Source: the human T2T-CHM13v2.0 reference genome, Homo sapiens
Length of the DNA stretch: 64,000 nt
Assembly (NCBI GenBank): GCA_009914755.4
Contig: CP068257.2
Location: 17,952,001-18,016,000, forward strand
Reading direction: 5' to 3'
The translations under genes were made by a program, and so were the position numbers. The notes beneath the pieces were generated by a model that saw nothing but the letters and a program-made list of their open reading frames with translations, was not told the DNA's origin and did not search any database. Shown in pieces: positions 1 through 14,400 of the stretch. Numbering within the stretch: position 1 is the stretch's first letter; each line of letters opens with the position of its first letter.

Positions 1-99
1 AAAATGTGAATATCCGAACACAGTAAGATTCATACTTGCAAAAGTGAATCTCTGCATTCAACATCTGTCTCCTTGTAGGCTTTTAAAATAATTATGTAG

Positions 100-441
<342 letters not shown>

Positions 442-2232
442 AGATTTTCCTGATGGTTGGCTATAGTGCATTAAATTTGTTACTGGCCATTTGCCAGTGA
501 TTTAGTACAATGTAGAGTTAGAAACCTGTTTATCAATACCTAGTCAATACTAAAAATATGAATTTTATTGCTGTATAACATCTCATAAGTTGAAACTTGG
601 ACATATACATTATGTTAAAAATGTAAAATGAACAGTAACACTTAAACTTCTATAAACCTATTGGGGAGGTTCAATGCTATATGGACATAAATTAGGATAA
701 TTCTGTAAAGTAAACATAAAGCAAATTGGACCTATTAGAAGAAGTGGCAAGATATGAATTCAAATATCCTATAAACTGATTGAGTATAATTCTTCTTCTT
801 CTGGCACTTAAAAGCAAATTTGCATATAGATAGGTATGTTTCTGTAAATTAGCTAATTTTTATTGCAGAATCTCAATTTAAAAGTCAGTTTATTTTTTGC
901 TCATGCTCCATGTTTCATTATCTGTTGTTAGAATGCCTTAAGGTGGTCAAATTTAACAAAATAAATAAATAAATAAAAGGCAACCAGTTCAATTTGAATT
1001 TCAAGTAAACAATGGACATCTTTTTTAGTATAAGTATGTCCCAGGCAATATTTGGAATATACTTTTACTAATGTTGTTTTTGTGGTTGTTTTCTGGAAAT
1101 CAAATGTTACTGGGTATTGTGTATTTTATTTGACAACCATACCCTTGAGGCATCAAAGTAACTCAGAAAGCAGGTTGGCAATTCAGCCAGCCACAATCCC
1201 AGACATCCCTGGTCACCATATTAGAGGAAAGGGGAGTACGGAGTTTCTGCATCAGAGAGTAATGATTATAGTCCTCAATTTTATCAAATTATTTTTTTCT
1301 ATGCTGTTTGCAGACTAACAATCGAGGAGAGTGTTAATTGTTTTTCCCATCTCTTATTTCACATAAATTAATTCATCCTCTAGGAGTCCTCTATAGGTTT
1401 ATAGCCAGTTTTTAATGTTATCCCCTGGGAAAGTAAACTAAGGAGAATATGCTTCAATATAATTATATTTTATCCTTTATTAAAATGGTGAATATATTTT
1501 CTACTAAGTCAGTATGGTTAACAAATATACAAAGCTACTGATGATATCTATGAGAGGATATGCTAAATTAGCTAAAGGGAACAGTCAAAATAGAATTTTG
1601 CAAAATATTTGTTAAGTTTAAGAACAAAATGAAATATAAAATAGCATAGGTAGACAGCATGACTAATAAAAATACACACTGCTGGAATAATCCAGTAGTA
1701 CTGATTTCTTAAACCATTAGTGAAAACTCTTCTTTAAAAACAGAGAGCACCCTTTTGTGTATTTTTATTTAGAGCATATCTTGTATTACAAAGATTTAGA
1801 TCCATCTGTTGTTCCATATTTCTCTAAAATTTCTAAAGAAATAAAGCTCAATATTGACTATGTGTCGTCAATCTCTCTGTTAAGAAAAAAATCAAATTAT
1901 GAACTCCTATAACAAAAACTGGAACTTAATCATTTACAGTATCTAGATGCTGAAGTAGCAAAGATTAGACAAGAGCAAATTGGGTTAATTTCAATGAATA
2001 TTATTTTGGTTTAATTGGGGAGAATATATGGAGGAATTTTTTTCAATATTCAAAGGTGATCAAATCCAAATATGTTGTTTAGTTTGAGATGTCAAAATAT
2101 TGGAGTGCATGAAGACTACAGACAATAAAAACTTAAATGAAAGGATTAGGAGGCCAAAATTCTGAGAATAATTTAAAGCATATTTGTAATGTGTCTTTCT
2201 CTTGGAAAGTTATTGGTTAATGATTTTATTTG

Positions 2233-2610
2233 CTTTTCCAGTCTCTTTGGTATCTGCCGTGAAAGCAAGATGACAAAGGGAACGCCCTTGTTTGTAGTGT
2301 TGCAATAACACTCGCTCTTGGGCCACCACTGTGGTCTAAGATCTATCACCTGCAGAAGTGACCTGTGGCAAGTGTGGCTACTCTGCCAAGCACAGGAGAA
2401 AGTATAACTGGAGTGCCAAGGCTAAAAGACAAAATACCACTGGGACTGGTTGAATGAGGCAGCTAAAAATTGTGTACAGCAGGTTCAGGCATGGATTCCA
2501 CGAAGAAACAACACCTAAGCCCAAGAGAGCAGCTGCTTGCAGAGTCCAATTCATCTTCAGAATTTCAGTGACTGGAAATGCAACGAATGCTCTAGTTTTA
2601 TATTTTTTTC
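2233..2610 (+). pseudogene. RPL37P: Processed pseudogene of ribosomal protein L37 (RPL37 retrocopy), disabled
   Basis: Intronless stretch that translates (with frameshifts) to MTKGT..., ...[60 protein letters not shown]..., matching RPL37 ([97 protein letters not shown]) from memory. The upstream 'gcttttccagtctctttggtatctgccgtgaaagcaagATG' resembles the short RPL37 TOP 5'UTR. A premature stop falls at codon 13, there are at least two frameshifts, and the stop codon is mutated. ORF-track ORF 2454..2669 is the C-terminal part. Confidence 0.85.
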
Positions 2611-3669
2611 TTAAAGATTTTATTTTCTTGCTTGTTCATTTTTGCTTGCAGATAGAGAATTTACCTTAATGCTGGGACAGCTTTCCATCTTTGAGTCTAG
2701 AATTTCTATGTGCCTCTTTAGTTTTCGGAGAGAACTAGTCAAATTTGAGGGGTCTCAAGTATTACTAAAGGAGGGTGAGAAAGATTTTACACTTTCTTTT
2801 CTGGTTTAGGATTTGAAGACATCTGTTCTCAGTAATTTTTAGACTATTAATTTTGTTGAAAAAATTAAAGGATGGTTCTGGATATATGCCTCCTTTTATC
2901 TCTGGCTTTAATTATAACATTGCCTCATTATTAACAGTAATTATGTTTTAAGAGTATATTTGAGCTTTACAAACTTGTTAGTATTAAACATTTGTATATC
3001 TATTGAATACTTTAACTCATATATTTAAATTTCTTAGTACCAAATTAAACTTATTATAAAACTAAATAAACTTCTATTTACTGGAAATTGTATTTCTTGT
3101 TTATATTCTCATTACAGTTTATAGGTAGGCACCGCTTATCATTATTACCATTGATAGTATATTGAAACCCTTGTTGTAATTCCAGTTGAGAGAAATCAAG
3201 AAGTTGTACAAAGAAGTTTTACCAAGAGAAGAATTCAACTAGACACACATCCATACATACTTGCATAACCTATGAATAGTGTTAAGACTATATTATTAAA
3301 AGTATTGGTTAATTAATAATTAAGTATACAGAACTTCAAATAAGTACTACTTCTATTATTTGACCTCCATTTTCTGTTCTAGTATTTTTGTTGGAAGCCA
3401 TAAAACAATTTGTATCATGTAAGACTCAGAAAAATAAGAAAATTTGCACAAACTTGGAGAAAATCTAGAGTAATTATACCTTCTTTAAGATAATAGATAA
3501 AATTATTTCAATAAATAAATTTTATCAATTTACTTGACATTTATATTTCTATGGTAAATATTGCAGACTGGCAACAGATGATAACTTCAAATAGTGTTCT
3601 AGAATGTCATTCTAGCTTGCATAGCATAATTTTTTCACAGATGTTCTATAATAGTATTCCAAAATGCTA

Positions 3670-4060
<391 letters not shown>

Positions 4061-4107
4061 GAAAGAAAGAAAGAAAAAAGAAAAGAAAAAAAGAAAGAAA
4101 AGAGAAG
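4061..4107 (+). repeat. (GAAA)n / A-rich microsatellite grown from the Alu poly-A tail
   Basis: 'gaaagaaagaaagaaaaaagaaaagaaaaaaagaaagaaaagagaagaa' sits between the Alu poly-A and the downstream TSD copy. Confidence 0.85.
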
Positions 4108-4378
4108 AAATGGTAAAAGGATGTGGTCTCTATTTTTAGATTAGGAAATCAAAACAGAGAGAGGGGTTAGAAACTTTGCTCAAAAGAGTAACATTACTGA
4201 ATGAGAGAATGATTATTAAAACAGTTGTAGTCTAATGTGCTTTTCAGTTAAATAAATTATTCCTTCTCATGTCTTAGTAAAGGGACAAATCTGTTAATCC
4301 AATTTATATTGCCTCCTAGGCACTTTTTACAGAAACCAGGTAACTGGGTCTTTCATCAAGTTCTATGGTCTGAATATT

Positions 4379-4722
4379 TGTGTCCCTTCAAAATTCCTAT
4401 ATTGAAATCTTGCCCCACAAGGTGATGGTAATAAGAGGCAGGGCCCTGGGGAGATGATTAGGTCATGGGGGCAGGGTCTCATTAATAGGATTAGTGACCT
4501 TAGAAAAGAGGCCTAAGAGAGACCCTGCTCACCCCTTCCACCACATTTGGACAGAGCAAAACGTTGCTGTCTCTAAGGCCGAAAGTGTGCTCTGACCAGA
4601 CACCAGATCAGCTCTTGATATTGAACTTCTCAGTCTCCAGAACTGTGAGAAATAAATTTCAATTGTTTAAAAGCTCTTCAGTTCATGGTATTGTGTTGTA
4701 GCAGCTCAAATAAACTAAAACA
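4379..4722 (+). mobile_element. Solo ERVL-MaLR LTR (MLT1/MST-type)
   Basis: Starts 'tgtgtcccttcaaaattcctatattgaaatcttgccccacaaggtgatggtaataagaggcagggccctggggagatgattaggtcatggggg'. Ends '...ctccagaactgtgagaaataaatttcaattgtttaaaagctcttcagttcatggtattgtgttgtagcagctcaaataaactaaaaca'. This is the characteristic MaLR LTR architecture. Confidence 0.75.
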
Positions 4723-5684
4723 TCAAGTAAGCCAAGATTTGCAATTGCAAGCACCCAGCACAGTTTTGGGGATCTGTCTAAATAAAGACAGCAAATCCTC
4801 TCAAAAGTCTTAGTCTTAGCATCCTTAAAGCAATCTTTTAAAATAAAGTCACGAAAAAACTCTCCTGAAGCTTTAGGAATTTATTTGAATCACAGAATGA
4901 TCATGCCATTGTCAAATAGCTCAAAAACAAATACAAGTATTACTTCAAAATAATACTAGTTATATATAATAATTATAAAAAACATACCAGAATTTTATAA
5001 TGTTAAAGAACTTAATCCGAGTACCATTCTTGAACATTTTCACAAGAATAAGAAACATGAAGGCTATGGTCTTTGGAAAAGGTTTGCTATTGAACAAATC
5101 TTTGACACTTGGCAAATTACTAACTTCTTTTTTTTTTTTTTTCTATTTTCTTTAAATGGCACTTTCCAAAAGTACTCTTCAGGGGTATTTGAGTATTAAT
5201 TAATGGATGTATGTAAAGCACCGTCCTAATGCTAAATGTGTCCTCTAATAAAGTAACTGTAAGGTGTATGTAAGGTTTCAGTCTTTTAAAGCACTACTAT
5301 TATTTTGTTTTTTTTGTTCTTGCTAAAGCTTATGTGTATATATGCATATATATTTTTAACATACAAATATATAAAACATTTGTATATAAAACTTTCATCA
5401 AAAAATCCTTCATTTGAGTAGAATATATTTACTGTCAATATGCACACTGCAGTATGCTATATCTTAGGGGTTTCATTCTGAAGAGTCATATTTGCTGGCT
5501 TTTTGGGCTTATGTTCTTGGGGGTGAATATAAACATTGGGGTTCCACAAAGAAGTATAGTATGAGAAAAAAACCTAATTTAGCAAGGTTTGAGTAACAAT
5601 TATAAGGCTCTGAGTAAAATACAAAACAAGCTGTTGTTTTGTACCCATTAACTAAAAATCCAATGAAGTAAAAACAAATATGAT

Positions 5685-5935
5685 CTAATGTTCAGTAGCA
5701 CAACAGGGTGACTATAATTAACAATAATTTATTGTATATTTCAAAATAACTAGAAGAGTAAAATTGGAATGTTTCTAACACAATTAAATAATAAATACTT
5801 GAGGTTATGAAAATCCCAATTACCTTGATTTGATTACTACACACTATATGCTTGTATCAAAAACATTACAGGTACCCCATCGATATGTAAAACTATAATG
5901 TATCCATAACAAAATTTTTAATGAAAAAATACAAA
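5685..5935 (+). mobile_element. L1 (L1M-type) 3'-end fragment
   Basis: 'tagcacaacagggtgactataattaacaataatttattgtatatttcaaaataactagaagagtaaaattggaatgtttctaacacaa...gtaccccatcgatatgtaaaactataatgtatc' matches the 3' terminus of older L1 (L1MA/L1MB) families. Confidence 0.75.
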
Positions 5936-6327
5936 GAACAATGGGGAGAGGAGAACAAATAGAAGATAGTGGTCTTCAAATTTTTTTTGAATGCACATCC
6001 CACCGTTAAAAAATTTTAAGTACTCCTCCACAGTACATAAACATTTGTCTACTTACACTAGTAATTGAATAAGTATACAAACTGTAAGCATATGTTATCA
6101 AAATATACCAGATAAAATTAAAAACAATGAAATAAGAGTGAAGTAAACATTTTTTAATTCATCAGTGGAGCAGCTCTTTCTGCTCCCACTGACAATATTA
6201 CTATAAAACTATCATATGGAAGAAGATTGTCCTCTGCCAGGCTAACAAATATTACGGTATGCAGTTTCTATCTCATACTGCAAACTTGCATGACAAAATC
6301 AGCTTTTTCTTTCTTGTTTTCTTGATT

Positions 6328-6370
6328 TTGTGTGTGTATGTGGTGTGTGTGTGTGTGTGTGTGTGTGTGC
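6328..6370. repeat. (GT)n microsatellite
   Basis: 'gtgtgtgtatgtggtgtgtgtgtgtgtgtgtgtgtgtgtgc'. Confidence 0.9.
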
Positions 6371-7327
6371 TTTTTTTGTTTTGGTCACTCTGTTATTTTT
6401 GCAAACAAATTAGAGAGTGTTGCATTTTTATCTGTTAAATTACACATTTGAATCACACTGAAACTCATTTGGAAAACGGTTGGACAGATTTGAATCTATG
6501 ATGTTTCTTTATATAAAGTATCATTCACTAAAGTTCTGAATGTGATGTGAGACCTTAAGTCAGTAAATAAATTTGGAACACTTTTATTAAATATATCAAA
6601 GACTACTACAATGTTAAACAACATTGCACCTTGCAATCTAAATAAATGCATACAATCTTCTATCACAATCTTAGGTATGGCAATATAACTAAAAGAAAAC
6701 CACCGTTTATTGAAGTGTGCAACAATGTAGAAAAACAAATTTATTGTTTTTATTACACAAAATCCAACTACAAGATTCATTTTTCTTTTATGGCTAGGTT
6801 AATTAAATAAGGTGTGTTTCAATTTGGGGAATAGAGCTTTGTTGTGGACTGAGACCTCGTTCAAGTGGAAAGACAGTAACTGTCACTATACTTAGTTCTA
6901 ATTTCAAAGCTACTCATAATGCAGAAAATAGGTGAAAAAAATTCAATCAAGAAAGTTGAGTAATATTTTAGAAAAAGTAGCATAAAAACCTAAAATCATT
7001 ATATTAATAAACATCTAAATATTTGATAACTTTGTCATTTTTGCCTCTGTATTTAATTTTTTTTATTTTGAGCATGCTTACATTTATTCTGAGATCTTCT
7101 CTTACTTTAGAAACCCATTTCTTTTGATGAAGAGAAAAAATAAAGAAACTGTATTTCACTATTTGTTTAGTGGCTACATCTACCATTACATTTAGGAAAA
7201 TAAAGTGTCAAGTCATAGCTGTGTCATCATAAATATATTGGCTTAAGATATGTTTTAAAAATCACTATGTGAATTGTAATTTTAGTATAATATGTTTTTA
7301 ATTTTTTGAAAATATTTAGGTGGTGTA

Positions 7328-7810
<483 letters not shown>

Positions 7811-8262
7811 TCAAAAGAAGTAGGAATTTTTTTCTCCTAATGTGACATTCAATGTTTGTTCCCAAGTTCCTTAACACTAACTACTAACATAATCTACAAA
7901 TTGATGTTAACTTTTTAAAATATTATAGATATCAAGATGTGGATTTGGGGATTGCTGAATATATATAATTGTATTGATGAGAATATCACACAAATAAATA
8001 GAAGTTTGATAATGTCCATAATGCTACTAACCTAACTCTATAAATTAATGTTACATTTTCAAATTATTATGGATACAGAGTATTGATTTGGCAATTATTG
8101 AATATATCTAAAAGTATTAATGAAAATATTTTAAAATAAATGTTTTATAGCTGTTAAGCTTGCAAAGCATATATATAAGTTTGCTTACTTGTTGAATTTT
8201 TATATTGATAATGTATATATGCAAATTACTGCTGTAAAATGACAATAAATTTGTTAACGTAA

Positions 8263-8566
<304 letters not shown>

Positions 8567-8921
8567 GGAATGAATCTTAACAGAATAATTGTATTACTAC
8601 AACCACGAAGGGGTGTCAAGATGGCTGAATATTGCATACTCGTTGTAATCTGCCCCAAGTGTGTGATCTTAATTCCTTAGTATCTCTAAATCTAAATTGT
8701 CTTGTTGCTAATATAGAATCATGCTAGATTATTCCTAAAGTCTCTTTGATCAATAAAACAGCTTTCTACAGTGGTCATATAACAATTAATTTTATTAATA
8801 TAAAATCATATTAAAATGTGAAATTGCAAGTCTATATAGTATAAGAATGTGATGCAATTTACCAGTCTTCCTGTTTTTTTCTTTTGTTTTGTTTTTTAAG
8901 ATATTAGAAATCTTTACCAGA

Positions 8922-9230
8922 GTAGGTTCAGAGATTCCAACTCAACCACATGGTGGAAGATTTATGGACAAAACAAGGAAAGTGATGTACAGAACACAGA
9001 AGTGAGGTACAGAAACAGACTAATTTGGTTATAGCTTGGTGTTTGCCTTTTTTGAACATCGTTTAAACAGTTGGCCACCTTTGATTGGCCAAAACTCGGT
9101 GATTGGCACAAGAGTAGGCTACAGTCTGTTTACAGTTTCATTTAGGTTATAGTTCACAATGTATGGACATATCTTTAGGCTGAACTGAAAATATGTAGGG
9201 AGGTATCTTAAGGCTAAACTTGATTTAACA
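8922..9230 (+). repeat. Unclassified interspersed repeat, copy 1 of 3 (LTR-like family with internal 'ctttaggctaaactt' sub-repeat)
   Basis: 'agagtaggttcagag...ggtggaagatttatggacaaaacaaggaaagtgatgtacag...gaggtacagaaacagactaatttggttatagcttggtgtttgccttttttgaacatcgtttaaacagttggccacctttgattggccaaaactcggtgattggcacaagagtaggctacagtctgtttacagtttcatttaggttatagttcacaatgta...ctttaggctgaactgaaaatatgtagggaggtatcttaaggctaaacttgatttaaca' is nearly colinear with 15330-15758, and with 31829-32230 in reverse complement. Confidence 0.7.
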
Positions 9231-11159
9231 ATTCTTCCCCATTGGTCATCCTCTCAATTTTGAGATTGACCAAAACATTAGTCATTGATGTCATTATCAC
9301 TATTGTAAATGTACTTATTTAGTCTTGAAGCCCACTGCAAAATAATAGAACGGTGAGTTTTGTAAGGTGGGAACAAAGACTTTAGGTTATTTTTTGCAAG
9401 GGTTACAATAGAGGGTACCTCCTTATTCTGGAATGTCCTATTTACAGGATAAAAACAAAGCCTAGTCTTTTCTAGGATCTATGTGTTTCCTTAAAGCCTT
9501 AGTTTGATATGTCACGTTTAGCACAAGTGACTCCATTTTGGTTTAGTTTTGTCTGTTGGGGCTTAGTGCCTAAGCTCAGTCCAAAACAATGGCCTCCCAT
9601 AATTTTGTTTTAAAAATTTGCCCCTTTTGGCCAAGTTCTCACTTAGGTAAGAGTGTGGCCAAAACTTAGGGCCTTCACATCATTCTCAGTTACCATAATT
9701 TTGAGTTTCCAGTCTCAGCAGGTCATTCATTGGTTACATTGCCATCATGGCCACAAATTTGTTTCAGCTCTTGTCATTCTAGTTAAAGAGAGACGGTTTG
9801 ACATTCTAGGGATGGCTGCAAGCAAACATTTAAAACTTTTGAGAGAATACAGTGCACCAGGGAGACTACTATTATGACTATCAGGAGGAAAATACCAATG
9901 GTTTGATGTATGCTCCTTAGCCAGGGTCCCCATAAACCAAACTAATGAAAATCAAGTAAATCAAAACATGAGCTAGATAGAGTCTACTCACTTCAACTAA
10001 GTAGTCTCTTTGTTAATTGCAATAACTGAATCTCTATAATACCCAATGTGATGTATTTTTCTATGGGCAACAAGTCCCAGCAGCTGCACAGATATTTCTC
10101 GTTTAGCCAGTAAGTAATCTAGAGCAAATCTATTTATTTATCATAACTTTCACAAGAGAATTCAGTCTGTTGTGCATCCATAGGCTTTACAGTAGAATCT
10201 GCTGTAGAGCCTATCATGAGGGATAAATTCCTGGTGATTGCCTAATTTACTCCAAACCATGGGGGGAAAACAGACCTAACAAATGATGCCCTTCTAGAAT
10301 AGTGAAGGCCTCTTGGAACAGTTCTCTTTAATCCATGATGTGAGTTAAGCGGAGTGAACGAATGTTCTGTTTCTGACTGATTGTGGGGCAACACATGAAC
10401 CATTAAAATTCTTTGCCTACATTGGGCCTTCATCTTTCATCTATGAAGGTATAAGCTTATTCATGGAAAAAAACTGGCCACAAAATTATTCAAAAAATGA
10501 AAGTACACCCCATGAGTGCGCACAACAGACCCTCTTTTCACTCTGTTGTTCATAGAAGCAGAAACAAGGGGAAAAAAAAAGAAGGATAAGAGCCTCAAGA
10601 TATTAGAGATGTCTTGATCCATGATCTTGGGAAAAAGCTGTCCACATCAAAGACGCCATCTTCTTCTGGGGAGAAACTTCCCTGATTACTTTAACTTAAG
10701 GTTCTCAATCGGTGTACAGTTTCAAGAGTGTGGAAATACACTTATGAGGTGTGAGATTATGAACTCAAGGTTCAAGGTCCCGAAGTGTTGCTGCAGTGTA
10801 GATGGCAAGGTCAGTCTTTCTCTGATATTCTCAGAAGATCCAGTCTTTGGGTTCTAGATTGTGAAGGGATTGATTGTCCTGTCAGTGAACCATGAAAAGC
10901 TTTCTTTACCTGGTGAAAATACACTGTGGCATAATGAGCGACTCTTATAACATCAAACTTCTTGCATGGAAAAACTTTTATACAACCAGAAAACATGCAT
11001 TGAAAATAACAATGGAATGAAATCTCCTCATAAATATATGAATGGCCCATCAGGTAGCAGAATGTACCTGAAATTTTGATAGTCTTTCCAGGAATATGGG
11101 TTTGATAAACCAAACATTTGTCATAAACCATATTAGCAATTTAGAAGTCACCACACGCA

Positions 11160-11446
11160 GGCCGGGCATGGTGGCTCATGCCTGTAATCCCAGCACTTTG
11201 GGAGGCCTAGGCGGGTGGATCACGAAGTCAGGAGATGGAGACCATCCTGGCCAACATGGTGAAATCCCGTCTCTGCTAAAAATACAAAAAATAGCTGTTG
11301 TGGTGGTGCGTGCCTGTAATCCCAGCTACTAGGGAGGCTGGGGCAGGAGGATAGCTTGAACCAGGGAGTCAGAGGTTACAGTGAGCCGAGACTATGCCAC
11401 TGCACTCCAGCTGTGCTACAGAGCAAGATTCCAACAACAACAACAA
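11160..11446 (+). mobile_element. Alu SINE (sense)
   Basis: 'ggccgggcatggtggctcatgcctgtaatcccagcactttgggaggcctaggcgggtggatcacgaagtcaggagatggagaccatcctggccaacatggtgaaatcccgtctc...' with a (CAA)n/A-rich tail. Confidence 0.9.
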
Positions 11447-14400
11447 CAAAAAAGTCAGCACACACATACACAGATATTTAATTTGGATCATTTTATCTTT
11501 ATAATGATAAATCATGGAATGCAGAATTTATAATAACAAAAGCTTTTAGGACTCAGAAAGGATAAGACAGCTGTCCTGGTTCTTCAGTGGTGCATAATTA
11601 ACACTGGACAGATACCCTCTTGAATGCCAGTTGTCTCTCCAACTTAGATGCCTCACACTGATAACTAATGCGTCATCACTGGTGATTTGAATTAGACTAT
11701 GGAGTTCATTCAAATTGTATATCTAAACAATTTCAGTACTGGCTGATGTAACTTAAGTATCTGGCAAAGTATTTTACTGGTATTTAATTAAGCTTTGTTC
11801 TGTTTGGGTTAGCAGGTTTATAAACCAGTCAACCTTTTCATTAAAGTTCTAGGAATTTGGCCCCAATCCAAGTAATATGATTCTAAAGTTAACCTGTATT
11901 CACGAGTACTTTTCAGGGTCATTTTCGTCCTTCCGTAAGTTTCCTTAAAGACACCATATTCTAGGATTTTGCCTGCTTGTGAAGTTCTGAGAAACTGCAT
12001 CAGAATTAAGCAATTAACTGTGAAAATAACTTTAAATAACTATGACAACTGTTTGTGTCATAAAGACACAATTGACAAGGAAATTTGATGATTTCTGTTG
12101 TCTACAATAATTTAACATAATAAACATAATTATGATTGATGGCATATACTCAGACATATTAGAATTTTAGAAATCCCATACAATTTTAGAAAATACATTT
12201 ATATATATTATATTCCTTAATATATAACCTGAAAAATATATAACCTAAGAAAACCTTATTTCTTTTTTGACAATGCTTCTCATATAACTTAACATGGCAA
12301 ATAATCATCTTTATAACCTTTTGGATGCTTTAGGGACACTCTGCAGCATCCCAAAGTTATAGGTCAAAAAAGACTTAATTTTAAATCTCAAATTTGATTT
12401 TGGAAAGCCTGTCAAATATGCTAAAAGTTTGAAACACTTGACCAAAAAAGGTTCACAGTTCACCATAAAACAATAGTCATTCATTTAACCAAAGTGATAA
12501 TTAAAAGATTTTTAAAAATAAAAACTTGTACCCTTTGATAAAGGACACTTAGTTTTCCAAACAATCAAAAGTCCTAAGACAGCATGAAAGAGAATCTGTC
12601 TCTTCTTTCCACTTTTTTTTTCCTTTTTGCAGTTTACTTAAAAAGTAAATGAAAACATTTGACTTTGTCTTCTTAAAACAATACCAAATTTTCATTCAAA
12701 ACAGAAAACGCAATTTTACTTTTGGATTAGTGTATTATTAACACTAACACTAATTTTAATAAAACCTCATAAATAAATTTATAAAATCTATCATCTTTTA
12801 ACTACACACAATTTCCATAAATTTCATTTTACATTTTTCCTCAACTTTTTATATTCATCTTGTTTTATTTATTTTTTACCCCTTCAATTTGAAACCTTTA
12901 AGTAACCTTAAACCAGATAAAAATTTTAACATACATATTATGCCTTTTAAAACTTTCTTCATCAAATGCATATTTTCCTTTTGTTTCTACATTCTGTATA
13001 CAGAATTGTTTCTCTTATATGTAGTAGTTTTTAACTCTCAGCAACCCTAAATTCTAGTGGAAAGCCTAGAAACCAATTTTAAATTGTTTATATCAATATT
13101 TGTAGATAAAAACCATTTTATAATTTAAAAAATAGTTCTCTAATTATTGTTTATTAACAGATATACATATATTTAGCTTTTTTTATAACATATGAAAATA
13201 ATATATCAAGGTATATAGACTTAAACTCATGTTTAATAATTAGTATATCGGTATCTTAACTTGCAGATGACTCAGACATTTTATGATTGTCTATTACTTA
13301 ATTTAACATAACATGACTTTAAGATTTTAAGCCATGAAAAGAATTTTGAAGCTTTGACACAGGTAACCTTCCTAACATCTTTCTCTAGTAATTCTAGGTC
13401 TCAGGTAGCCACGAGGTACCCAGGAGTACTATGAAGATCAAAGCCTGTCTAAGTCCACCAGGACAGAAAACAGCTGTAAAGACTATACCTAAGAATCCAG
13501 TCCATCATAAAATAGCCAGGAGGCAAAACAGGGAAAGCAGAGGAAAAAGGGGCTATTTTGAGCTTGATTCTGGCTTGCAGCTGCTGATCTAGGGACGAAG
13601 AACATGTCTCTAGACCTCATCGTGGCCACCTACCCAGACCCCTGAATCCAGAGACTTTAAACCAAAGACATAAGGTCACATTCAAATCAAACAAATATCG
13701 AATTATTTTTAACCAATAATTTTGAAGCCATTTCTATTTCATCAACAATTTAAAAACTTGCTTTATTTACCAAATATCATATACACATAACACATGCAGA
13801 CATACAAACACACAGAAGTAGATTTTACAGCTCACAAAGGATCTTTATTTGCAGGCTTTTAAATCGTTTTTTTTCCCCATTCAGTCTATCAATCTTTCAA
13901 TTACCTGTTTTATTGCTGTAAGCAATTGCTAACTAGGCAACAAATTTGCATTTCTAAAGGGACAGCTCTTAGGTAGAAAAAATTACATTTCATTAGTTCA
14001 GAGCTGAGATATTAGGCCTAAGTATTGTGTCATTATTTGCTCAAAGAAAAGGCAAAAACAATTGTCCAAATAAAAGTTCACTTAAGACAAGATGGCCAAA
14101 AAATCACCTTAAACAAAGCTATGACTTATTTTGTAAATTTAAAAGGCTGGTAAGAATTTCTAATGTACATAGGCAGACATCTTTTAAAATGGAGATTTTC
14201 TTTATAGATGTAAATTTGTTTTACAAAAGGGTGTCAAGACAATCAATTAAATTCCATAAAAGTGTATTTTAGTTTAATATGGTGTTCATTTTTACTTAGC
14301 TACTGTTTTATTTTTGTTTATTTGCTTGTTTCTTTTTGTTTAGCTAAAATTACTGATTTCAGGATGAAGTTCATTAAGGAATAGGCCCAAGAAACCATTT

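Noticed and set aside
10590-11135. Moderately unique segment with ORFs on both strands (10621..10857 +, 10811..11131 -) and an 'aggtaaag' donor-like motif. I considered it a possible exon or processed pseudogene.
   Set aside because: I could not match either translation to any protein family I know. An isolated splice-like motif is expected by chance. I leave it for a BLAST check rather than calling it.
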